NCBI GenBank assembly: GCA_023213195.1
Contig: CP096135.1
Span: 2,040,842-2,104,841 of the forward strand
Direction of reading: 5' to 3'
From: Sphingobacteriales bacterium JAD_PAG50586_3
GTDB lineage: Bacteria > Bacteroidota > Bacteroidia > CAMBQF01
DNA length: 64,000 nucleotides
Below are positions 12,556 to 20,913 of this stretch, piece after piece; position 1 is the stretch's first letter, and every line of letters starts with the position of its first letter. A program made the position numbers and the translations under genes. The notes beneath the pieces were generated by a model. That model worked only from the letters and a program-made list of their open reading frames with translations, was not told where the DNA came from and did not search any database.

Positions 12556-13701
12556 ATGAGAGTTTATCTTGATAATGCTGCTACTACTGCCTTGGATAAA
12601 GAAGTGGTAGAGGCAATGCTTCCTTACATGACCGAAAAGTTTGGCAACCCATCATCAACCCACCAATATGGGTCAGAGGTTAGGGTAGCCATAGAGCAGG
12701 CCCGTAAGATTATTGCTAGGCAGCTTAACGTGTCGCCATCAGAGATTATTTTTACCTCTGGCGGTACCGAAGCCAACAATATGGCCCTGCGATGTAGTAC
12801 CGAGTTTATGGGTATTAAACACGCCATAACCTCGCCCCTTGAGCACCACGCCGTGTTGCACACCCTGGAAGATTTACACAAACAGGGCAAGATTAAACTA
12901 AGCCTTGTTAATGTTGATGCCCACGGCAATATTGACCTAAACCACCTGGAGCAACTGCTTACCGGTTACGATGGTCAAACCCTGGTATCGCTAATGCACG
13001 CCAATAACGAGATTGGCAACCTACTCCCCATAGAACAAGTATCTGCCCTTTGCGATAAATACAAGGCCATATTCCATACCGATACGGTGCAGACTATGTG
13101 CCATTACCCGTTAGACTTTCAAGCCATTAAGGTGCACTTTGCATCGTGTGCGGCCCATAAATTCCACGGCCCTAAAGGGGTTGGTTTTTTATACATGAGC
13201 GCCGATGTAAAAATACCCCCATTTATTACCGGTGGCGCCCAAGAGCGTAACATGCGCGGCGGTACCGAGAATGTTTATGGCATTGTAGGTCTTGGCAAAG
13301 CTTTTGAAATTGCCCACCGCGACATGGACAAAGAAACAGCCCACATAAGCGAACTGAAAAGCTACATGATAGGCCGCTTAAAGAACGAGTTTCCCGGTGT
13401 GGAGTTTAACGGCGAAAGCGGCAACATGGAGAAATCGTTATACACTGTTCTTAACGTATCACTACCTAAGACCGATATAGGTGAAATGCTGCTGTTTAAC
13501 CTTGATATTAATGGCGTAGCCGCCTCGGGTGGCTCAGCATGCTCATCAGGCAGCGATATTGGCTCGCACGTACTCCGCGCCCTTAACTGCGATATGGAGC
13601 GCCCTGCCGTTCGTTTCTCCTTCTGCAAAAACACCCAACTGCAAGACATTGACTATGCTGTTGATGTATTAAAGAACATCCTTAAGCCGGTAGTTGCTTA
13701 A
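12556..13701 (+). CDS. iscS: Cysteine desulfurase (class V aminotransferase, IscS/NifS family)
   Basis: MRVYLDNAATT..., GNPSSTH, TSGGTEANN, PLP-lysine region. The ORF-track N-terminal extension from 12469 is judged spurious. Confidence 0.85.
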   Translation: MRVYLDNAATTALDKEVVEAMLPYMTEKFGNPSSTHQYGSEVRVAIEQARKIIARQLNVSPSEIIFTSGGTEANNMALRCSTEFMGIKHAITSPLEHHAVLHTLEDLHKQGKIKLSLVNVDAHGNIDLNHLEQLLTGYDGQTLVSLMHANNEIGNLLPIEQVSALCDKYKAIFHTDTVQTMCHYPLDFQAIKVHFASCAAHKFHGPKGVGFLYMSADVKIPPFITGGAQERNMRGGTENVYGIVGLGKAFEIAHRDMDKETAHISELKSYMIGRLKNEFPGVEFNGESGNMEKSLYTVLNVSLPKTDIGEMLLFNLDINGVAASGGSACSSGSDIGSHVLRALNCDMERPAVRFSFCKNTQLQDIDYAVDVLKNILKPVVA

Positions 13702-13750
13702 TCAGTAGTCAGAATTCAGTAGTCAGAGGTCAGGGTTCAGTAGTCAGAAG
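13702..13750 (+). repeat. 7 x 7-bp tandem repeat (TCAGTAG-like) immediately after the iscS stop codon
   Basis: TAA|tcagtag tcagaat tcagtag tcagagg tcagggt tcagtag tcagaag. A related array lies after the S8 protease stop at 22077-22111. Confidence 0.8.
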
Positions 13751-14970
13751 GTATAAGTTTTGTCTTCCCTTACTCTATGTAGCTAATTCTCAATTTTCGC
13801 GGAGTTTTTTTGTAAAGTATTTTCATGCTCTACAATACCTAATGCACCAACAACTCTCCCTTTTAAAGGGAGTACCTCCAACGTAGTTGGAGGGGAGGGA
13901 TTATTTGCCAATCCCTACAGCATGTCCCAAAGGGATGCCTTTGGCATAGCTAATACACTCGTTTTCGAGGCTGCATTTTAAAGGTCCCTCTCATTGAGAG
14001 GGTGGATGTAGCCAATGGCGACAGACGGGAGAGGGTATTTTTAGGGTGCCGCACGTTGTTATGTCTTTATTTTTCATTTTTAGCTTTTCGTTTTTCATTT
14101 ATAAAACCCTTACAGCGTGTCCCAAAGGGATGCCTTTGGCATAGCTAATGCACTCATTTTCGCGCCCAATTTTTAAGGCTCTCCCCTGCAAAGGGGAGTA
14201 CTCCTATCTCGCTTAGGCGAGATAGGAGGGAGGTATTTCCTCTCCCGTCATCCACCTGACGGCGGCTGCTACCTCCGCCCGGATGAATCCATTCGGACGG
14301 GCTCTCAATGAGAGGGACCTTTCATCTATCCTCATAATTAATAATTCATAATTACTAATTATTGAAAAACACCTTTAGGCAACCTGCCGTAGCAAATCGC
14401 CTAAAAGTGACAATTTCTTATCATAACCGGTTAGCTACTGACCAACAGAATGGCCTGTTGTTTAAGCCTGTCCTCTTGCTAAACTGTTTATCTTAAACTC
14501 TCAATCTATACGCCCCTCTCCTTTGGGGGAGGGGTTGGGGTGGGGCTTCCATTAATTTCTGAATCGTAATAAGCATTGTAGGTACTATAATAAGTTCCCC
14601 CTTTTTAAAGGGGGTGTTTAGTGCAAAGCACTAAACGGGGGATTTTAAAACCTCGTAAAACTCTCCCTTGTAAAGGGAGTGGATGTCGCTACAAAGCGAC
14701 AGACGAGGGATTTCACCGCGCGGCTGTTTTCGTCATCCCGAACTTGTTTCGGGATCTCCTAATTAACCTTTAGGAAAGGGTTGTTTATTTGTATTTGCAA
14801 ATACGTTTACAAAGATACAACAATACAACATCATTTGTCAAGTGTAAAATAAACATTGTTAATAATTATTTTTATTAATAGATCGCAAAGCGCATACTTT
14901 GTAAACAACTCTCCCTTTTAAAGGGAGTACCTCCAACGTAGTTGGAGGGGAGGGATTTTAGTGTAGCGTA
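13751..14970. repeat. 1.2-kb gene-free region composed of several families of short hairpin-forming repeats (MITE/REP-like). The families recur elsewhere in the window.
   Basis: No ORF. The 52-bp unit caactctcccttttaaagggagtacctccaacgtagttggaggggagggatt occurs at 13851-13912 and 14906-14957, with an insertion variant at 16763-16850. cagcgtgtcccaaagggatgcctttggcatagctaat occurs at ~13918 and ~14113. The inverted pair ccctctcattgagaggg / ctctcaatgagaggg occurs at ~13990 and ~14305. cgtcatcccgaacttgtttcgggatc occurs at 14730-14755 and 730-755. Confidence 0.8.
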
Positions 14971-14971
14971 A

Positions 14972-15355
14972 CTACTCCTTCCTCCTCCTAAACACCGCCT
15001 CATATCCGTTAAAAGTATAGTCAAGCGTTAAGGTAGTTTCGTCAATTTTAGTAATGTGGTAGCAATAAGAATAACCGTTATGAATATTGGTTTCTAAAAG
15101 AAACAAAGTGTTTAACCCACACGAGTCTTTAGTGGTAGTATCGCAGCCCATGTAGGTAAACCTATAGCTAAAAGTATCAATCAACGCGCCGTTGTACTTT
15201 TCAATAATGTAGCGGTCGGTAATAGTTAGGGTCGATTTACTGTCTTCGCTATTTTCCCAACTACCCCTAATCAGTAAATCTTCTACAGATATAGCCTGCG
15301 CATGGCACAATACTGATAGTATCACCAAAAAGAATATAAGAACCTTTTTCAGCAT
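14972..15355 (-). CDS. Hypothetical secreted/lipoprotein (signal peptide)
   Basis: 127 aa ORF starting MLKKVLIFFLVILSVLCHAQ. It abuts the upstream ORF (ATG adjacent to TAG). Confidence 0.5.
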   Translation of the reverse strand: MLKKVLIFFLVILSVLCHAQAISVEDLLIRGSWENSEDSKSTLTITDRYIIEKYNGALIDTFSYRFTYMGCDTTTKDSCGLNTLFLLETNIHNGYSYCYHITKIDETTLTLDYTFNGYEAVFRRRKE

Positions 15356-15886
15356 CTATTCTTTATAATATAACCCAATCTGCATATCCTCAATAAACAA
15401 CTTCTTCGTTTCGGCCCATGCAAAAGGCCCAATAAAAAGCGTTTCATCAACGGTGCTGTTGCTAATCCGTATCCTCCAAAACGGTAAAACTTCCACTTTA
15501 GTTTTGTTGTAATGCGTTATTTCGCAATTCTCATTCGGGTTACACAATGTAAACCGTGTGGTGGGTATGTAAAACCAACCGGCTGCAATCTCGTCTTCTG
15601 TAACCAACATAGCCGTTGTGCGCCCACTCAAAAGCCATACTGAAAATACTACAAATAAGGCCGCAAGCTTTAGCTTTGTTGGCTGTTTAAAATAGTAAAC
15701 CAACAGGGCGCCAAACAATAAAACAAAAAGGGTCGGAAAAACAACCAACGGCACAGCGGTATGCACCATATATTCTGCGCTAATGCTTATTAGCATAAGT
15801 TTAGCCAGCGGGTGGTAACACCAGGCAGTCAGCAAGGCCATTACCAGCAATAAAATAGCCGAAAGGATAATTTTTACAGTACGCAT
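15356..15886 (-). CDS. Hypothetical integral membrane protein
   Basis: 176 aa ORF with three hydrophobic helices, in an operon-like arrangement with neighbours. Confidence 0.5.
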   Translation of the reverse strand: MRTVKIILSAILLLVMALLTAWCYHPLAKLMLISISAEYMVHTAVPLVVFPTLFVLLFGALLVYYFKQPTKLKLAALFVVFSVWLLSGRTTAMLVTEDEIAAGWFYIPTTRFTLCNPNENCEITHYNKTKVEVLPFWRIRISNSTVDETLFIGPFAWAETKKLFIEDMQIGLYYKE

Positions 15887-15913
15887 AGCAAGCTAATTTA
15901 ATTAATCTGCGGT

Positions 15914-16450
15914 TCAGATAACAATATACTCAGCCGGTACAAAATCAGTAAGCCAAACATTGTTGTCCGATAGGTAAAATATATGCCCATCGGCCAACAT
16001 GGTTACGGTATCAATATGCAACACTATGGGCTTGCCATGCCTGCTGCCTACCTGTGTGGCAGTAGCTATATTGTCTGATAAATGTACATGCTGCCTTTCG
16101 CCTTTCAGCAGGCCTTTTTCTTTAATACTATCCAGGTTTTTTAACGCTGTGCCGTGGTATAATATAGCCGGCGGGGTTTGTGGTTGAAGTTTTAAATCTA
16201 CCTCGACAGAATGCCCTTGATTAGCCCTTATTTTGGTAAAATCATCGTTAAAGGCAAAACGCTTTTTGGTGTTTTCGTCAACTATTGCTTTCAACTCATC
16301 AAAGGTAATTGCAGTGCCATGGGCGTTGAATTTCTGCAACAAATCAGCCACATCGGCCCAACCGTTTTCATCAAGGGTAACGCCAATGGTTTCGGGCTTG
16401 TGCCTAAGCACCAGGCTTATAAATTTACTAAGGTGTGTGTGGTTCGACAT
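15914..16450 (-). CDS. kptA: RNA 2'-phosphotransferase (Tpt1/KptA family)
   Basis: LSKFISLVLRHKPETIGVTLDENGWADV, IRANQGHS, PPAILYHGT, RQHVHLS and VWLTDFVPAEYI match Tpt1 family motifs. Confidence 0.85.
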   Translation of the reverse strand: MSNHTHLSKFISLVLRHKPETIGVTLDENGWADVADLLQKFNAHGTAITFDELKAIVDENTKKRFAFNDDFTKIRANQGHSVEVDLKLQPQTPPAILYHGTALKNLDSIKEKGLLKGERQHVHLSDNIATATQVGSRHGKPIVLHIDTVTMLADGHIFYLSDNNVWLTDFVPAEYIVI

Positions 16451-16463
16451 TGAATTGTACGTG

Positions 16464-16745
16464 CTATATCTTAGAAACCTTATCTACTATACTGGCTAAA
16501 GCCGTTTCGGTTCCAACTTCATCAATATCCACCTCAAGCAGCTTTTTATTGTTTAGTGTTACTGTGTAAATATTGTGGTTCTCATTGCTATCAACCTGAC
16601 TAATGGTTAGCCTGTGGTATAGTTTAAAAAACACAATATAGGCGGCGCTATCAGGCTCAACTGTTTTACTTTCTTTAATAAGCGCATAGCCCTTTATCTT
16701 TACAATAGGCTGCACCTTTTCTTTTACTAAATCAATAAATAACAT
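16464..16745 (-). CDS. Hypothetical protein (93 aa)
   Basis: ORF immediately upstream of kptA on the same strand. No recognisable motif. Confidence 0.4.
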   Translation of the reverse strand: MLFIDLVKEKVQPIVKIKGYALIKESKTVEPDSAAYIVFFKLYHRLTISQVDSNENHNIYTVTLNNKKLLEVDIDEVGTETALASIVDKVSKI

Positions 16746-16762
16746 AATGGAGCAAAGTTAAA

Positions 16763-17009
16763 CAACTCTCCCTTAATAAGGCCCGCCCGGATAAATGGAT
16801 TTATCCATTCGGACGGGGAGTACCTCCAACGCAGTTGGAGGGGAGGGATTATTAGCAACGAATTTATATTACCGCTTGGTGGGATTCCTGCTTTCGCAGG
16901 AATGACGTTTTAACTATAGTGGTTTAGTAATCTTTAAATCTATTTAATCTTGATTAATCTGCGGTTCAGACAAATAATCTATTTAATCTTGATTAATCTG
17001 CGGTTCAGA
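16763..17009. repeat. Intergenic repeats: a third copy of the 52-bp hairpin unit (with insertion) plus a direct duplication of atctatttaatcttgattaatctgcggttcagac
   Basis: 16763-16850 matches 13851-13912. The direct repeats at 16935-16968 and 16975-17008 end exactly at the pyrB stop. The same ttaatctgcggttcaga motif overlaps the kptA stop (15903-15920). Confidence 0.75.
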
Positions 17010-17948
17010 CTACGCTTCTGAAATATTCTTTTGCCCCGCCAGCAGGTACAGCACCGCCATACGCACCGCAACACCGTTTTCTACCTGGTCTAGTATAATA
17101 GACTGGTCAGAGTCGGCTACATCGCTAGTAATCTCTATGCCACGGTTTATAGGGCCGGGGTGCATTATGGTAATCTTCTTGCTAAGGCTGTCAAGGCGCT
17201 CTTTGTTAAGGCCATACAGCATGGTATACTCCCGCAACGATGGGAAGTACTTAATATCCTGCCTTTCCAGCTGAATGCGCAGCATATTGGCAACATCGCA
17301 CCACTCCAGGGCCTTCATCAGGTTAGGTTCAACACGAACTCCTAGCGATGTGATGAATTTAGGCATTAGGGTAGGAGGGCCGCACACTACCACTTCGGCA
17401 CCCATTTTATTTAGTAGAAAGATGTTTGACAGCGCTACACGCGAGTGCAGAATATCGCCTACAATAGCCACTTTAAGGCCTTTAAGGCTGCCGTGCACCT
17501 CCAGCATTGAGTAGGCATCTAACAACGCTTGTGTAGGGTGCTCGTGCGCGCCATCTCCGGCGTTTACAATTTTGGCCTTTATGTGTTTGGCAAGGAACAC
17601 GCCCGCACCCGGTTTTGGGTGGCGCATTACTACCATATCCACCTTCATGGCCAATATGTTGTTTACGGTATCAATAAGGGTTTCGCCCTTGCTAACGGAT
17701 GATGATGATGCGGCAAAGTTTACCACATCGGCACTCAGGCGTTTCTCGGCCAGCTCAAACGATAAGCGGGTACGGGTACTATTCTCAAAAAACAGGTTAG
17801 CAATGGTTACATCGCGCAGCGATGGCACCCGTTTTATCGGACGGTTTAAAACCTCTTTAAACTGTTTGGCGGTAGATAAAATAAGCTCAATGTCAGACAC
17901 CGTAAGGTCTTTAATTCCTAATAAGTGTTGTACGCTTAAAGCTGACAT
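17010..17948 (-). CDS. pyrB: Aspartate carbamoyltransferase catalytic subunit
   Basis: ENSTRTR carbamoyl-phosphate motif, HPxQ, 312 aa. Confidence 0.9.
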   Translation of the reverse strand: MSALSVQHLLGIKDLTVSDIELILSTAKQFKEVLNRPIKRVPSLRDVTIANLFFENSTRTRLSFELAEKRLSADVVNFAASSSSVSKGETLIDTVNNILAMKVDMVVMRHPKPGAGVFLAKHIKAKIVNAGDGAHEHPTQALLDAYSMLEVHGSLKGLKVAIVGDILHSRVALSNIFLLNKMGAEVVVCGPPTLMPKFITSLGVRVEPNLMKALEWCDVANMLRIQLERQDIKYFPSLREYTMLYGLNKERLDSLSKKITIMHPGPINRGIEITSDVADSDQSIILDQVENGVAVRMAVLYLLAGQKNISEA

Positions 17949-17980
17949 ATATCTTCCGTTTATTTACTTTTCTAATAGTA

Positions 17981-18502
17981 TTACCTATGGTCTGTTCCTT
18001 CATTTTCTACCCACTCTACCTTTACCTTTTGGCTTTGTATGGTATCTACCACACGGCCTACATAATCGGGCTGTATAGGCAGGTGGCGACTATAGCGGCG
18101 GTCTACAAAGGCCAGCAGCTCTACACTTGCAGGGCGGCCAAATTGCAGCAGCGCTTCCATAGCGGCGCGTATGGTGCGGCCGGTATACAATACATCGTCT
18201 ACCAGCACCACTTTTTTATCTTCAATTAAAAAATCAATATTGGTATCGTAAGCCGCTAAAGGCTCTGCCTGGTGCCGAAAATCGTCGCGGTAAAAGGTAA
18301 TATCCAGCGTGCCCGATGTTATGTTTTGTTGGGTAATATCCTTTAACTGTTTAGCCAACCGGTTAGCTACGTAAGCCCCGCGTGGTTGTATGCCAATAAT
18401 AACAGTGTCAGAAAAAGAATTGTGATTTTCAATCAACTCATAACAAAGGCGGCTCAGCGTCAGCTTAAATTCATCCGGACCTAGCAGCACTTTATGGGTC
18501 AT
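17981..18502 (-). CDS. pyrR: Bifunctional pyr operon regulator/uracil phosphoribosyltransferase PyrR
   Basis: PRTase motif VVLVDDVLYTGRTIRAA. Start chosen at the internal MTHKVLL. Confidence 0.85.
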   Translation of the reverse strand: MTHKVLLGPDEFKLTLSRLCYELIENHNSFSDTVIIGIQPRGAYVANRLAKQLKDITQQNITSGTLDITFYRDDFRHQAEPLAAYDTNIDFLIEDKKVVLVDDVLYTGRTIRAAMEALLQFGRPASVELLAFVDRRYSRHLPIQPDYVGRVVDTIQSQKVKVEWVENEGTDHR

Positions 18503-18561
18503 GCTGCAAATATAGTGGTTTACATCAAATTTAGAATAAAAATTTCCCCATATCAATTTAA

Positions 18562-18813
18562 GTGCTCAGTACGTCTCCCGCCCTTTGAATTTGAGGTTAG
18601 AAAACCGGCATAGCGTTTTGAAACGGGGTACCCGCAGAGAAAGTGAACGTCCCGCTTGCCGGGAAAGCGCGCGCTGTTTGAAGTCACGCAAGGCGTGACG
18701 AGTTTGCGCGGTTTAGTGAACGCCCTCGTAGCGGGTCGTTGAAAAATGCAGCCGGGAGTTTTCTTTGTTTCGTTTCTTTTGCGGAAAAAGAAATGAAAAC
18801 CGCCGGTAGGCAA
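18562..18813 (-). ncRNA. Conserved ~230-bp structured element in the pyrR 5' leader (copy B); second copy upstream of ansA. Candidate cis-regulatory RNA or MITE.
   Basis: The reverse complement aligns with 56918-57150 with a near-identical core aaaccgcgcaaactcgtcacgccttgcgtgacttcaaacagcgcgcgcttt and conserved hairpins. Both copies end 45-60 bp before the start codon of the downstream gene, in the same relative orientation. Confidence 0.45.
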
Positions 18814-19131
18814 TAAAGAATTAACAGGTAGGAATTTAACCCCCTCCTAATATTAGGAGGGGGCAGAGGGTGGTAGCTTTTGTAAGGTTTTCCCCACTAC
18901 CCCGTCTAATAAACCAAATGCAATAAGCGGGTGTTCTATACTTAGATAAACGCTGTTTTATCTGTTTTGGCATAGGGCTTGCATTATTAACACTAAGGGC
19001 AAATACTTGTGAAAAACTTACAGGCGTACCCTTTAAAATGGTAAAAGTATTTTGACTAATTATGGAGAAGTAATTTTACCCAAGAACCACCAAGCAAAAT
19101 GCTTGGCGTAAAATGTAAAAATTTAACGCCT

Positions 19132-19695
19132 ATGAAAACGAAGATCGTTAATAGCGTAAAAGCGGGGTCGCTGCTAATATCAGAACCCTTTTTGGTAGAT
19201 TACTATTTTAAACGTGCTGTGGTGTTAATACCCGAGCATAACGAGAAAGGCTCTATGGGCTTTGTGCTAAACAAGCCCCTTAACATAAGTATTAATGATG
19301 TTATAGCCGATTTTCCGGAGTTTGATGCCCAGTTGTATTCTGGCGGGCCGGTACAAAACGATATGCTATACTTTATACATAACCTGGGCAAAGCCATAGA
19401 GGGTAGCCACCGCATTACCAAAGACCTTTACTGGGGCGGCGACTTTGACAAGCTTAAAGCCATGATTTTGGCCGGTAAAGTAACCCCCGAAAATGTGCGC
19501 TTTTTTGCAGGCTACTCAGGTTGGGAAAAAGGCCAGCTCGAAAACGAGATAGGACATAGCTCGTGGCTTATTGCCGATACCCCTAAAGGGTTAATACAGG
19601 AAGATACCGAAGACCTGTGGGGCAAACTAATCCGCGAGAGCGAAACACAATATGCCATTTGGGGCAACTTCCCTGAGAATCCCTCAATGAATTAA
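19132..19695 (+). CDS. yqgE: YqgE/AlgH family protein (UPF0301)
   Basis: GSLLISEPFLVDYYFKRAVVLIPEHNEKGSMGFVLNKPL matches the family signature. Confidence 0.75.
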   Translation: MKTKIVNSVKAGSLLISEPFLVDYYFKRAVVLIPEHNEKGSMGFVLNKPLNISINDVIADFPEFDAQLYSGGPVQNDMLYFIHNLGKAIEGSHRITKDLYWGGDFDKLKAMILAGKVTPENVRFFAGYSGWEKGQLENEIGHSSWLIADTPKGLIQEDTEDLWGKLIRESETQYAIWGNFPENPSMN

Positions 19696-20068
19696 TATTT
19701 TTTTCATATAGTAATTACAGAATAAATAACCCTATAGGGGTTAAATGTACTTCAGTTTTACTATTGACATTCCGCTCGTACGGAGCACTGTTAATTAGAC
19801 CCGGAGAGAGGAAATTACCTTGTGCGTGGGATGTCCACGAAACGTGCGAACCTGAATGGAGTTGAGCAGGTGGTTTTGTGCGGCTGTCTAGCGCGGCGAA
19901 ACGGAATGAGGGTTGGGTTTCGTGGGGTCTTTTTGGTTACTTTTTGGACAAGCAAAAAGTAATAAAGCCGTCGGCAGACAACAAAAAGACATCAAAAAGT
20001 AAAGTCCCTATTTTTTAGGAAAGGCTTAATATTATTAGAACGATAATCACATTGAGCGTAGTCGAACC

Positions 20069-20913
20069 CTACTCCACCGACTCTGCCAGCCACTCCATCA
20101 ACTGTTTTGATGTATTGTTGAAATACCTGCGTTTACCATACGCCATAGCCCAACGTATACCGTTTATGGTATTGGTAAGAAAAATCTCATCAGCTGCTTC
20201 TAATGCGGCAGGCGCCATAGATTGCTCGCGGACTTTTATACCACCTTCTTCGGCAATTTCTATCAGGTTGCGGCGCATTACACCGGCTATGCAGCCATCG
20301 CTCAAAGGAGGAGTAAATATGATGCCATTCTTCACCATAAACAGGTTAGATGATGTGGTTTCTACCACCCGTTCATCATCATTCACCAAAATAGCTTCGT
20401 CCCACTTATGGCTGGCCGCATGCGTTGCAGCCAAAGCATAAAGTAAAGAGTTCCCTGTTTTATATTGAGAATAGGTAGAGCGGTGCTTATGGTTTTCGGT
20501 ATACACCCCAATAGAAAAACCTTTCTCGTTTAAAATGTAGGTAGCATCAGCCAGCGGGCGGAGCTCTAAAACAATAGATACATCATTGCTTTCGGGCTTA
20601 TAGGTAAGGCCGTTGTTGCGGTAGGCTGTCATGCGGGCACGGCCACCGTTGGTAATTTTATTTACCTCTTTCAGCTTGTCAAAAGCCTTTTCTACCACAC
20701 TAACGGTAAGCCATTTGGGCACATCCATTTTAATGGCTTTCATACCGCCGGTAAAACGTTCAAAATGGTCGTCAATAAAACATATATTGCCATTGGCCTA
20801 GCGCACGCTTTCAAACACACAATCGCCAAAGCGGAATGCGCGGTTGGTTACGCCAATGTTTAAATCGGCTTCTTTTACAAACTCGTTGTTATGAAAAATA
20901 GTAAGGTTATCCA
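20069..20913 (-). CDS. Class IV aminotransferase (aminodeoxychorismate lyase/branched-chain aminotransferase fold), interrupted by an in-frame TAG at 20798-20800
   Basis: MDNLTIFHNNEF...FESVR*ANG...MKAIKMDVP... then the class-IV fold motifs. The TAG sits in the pentamer CTAGG and CAG restores CCAGG. Confidence 0.7.

Noticed and set aside
13702-14970. Possible CRISPR array in the repeat-rich gene-free region
   Set aside because: The repeat units are heterogeneous in sequence and length, many are imperfect palindromes, and there are no regularly spaced unique spacers. This is a MITE/REP-like nest, not a CRISPR array.
18553-18813. 86-aa ORF on the minus strand covering the conserved leader element
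   Set aside because: The homologous copy upstream of ansA (56918-57150) has indels and stops that destroy this reading frame while nucleotide conservation and hairpins are kept. The element is non-coding.
18562-18813. PyrR-binding attenuator (Rfam PyrR binding site) in the pyrR leader
   Set aside because: The same element occurs upstream of ansA, which PyrR does not regulate. The Firmicutes-type PyrR site is much shorter. A generic structured repeat or leader is more likely.
20052-20441. Plus-strand 129-aa ORF opposite the aminotransferase
   Set aside because: Antisense to a conserved class-IV aminotransferase and has no motif.
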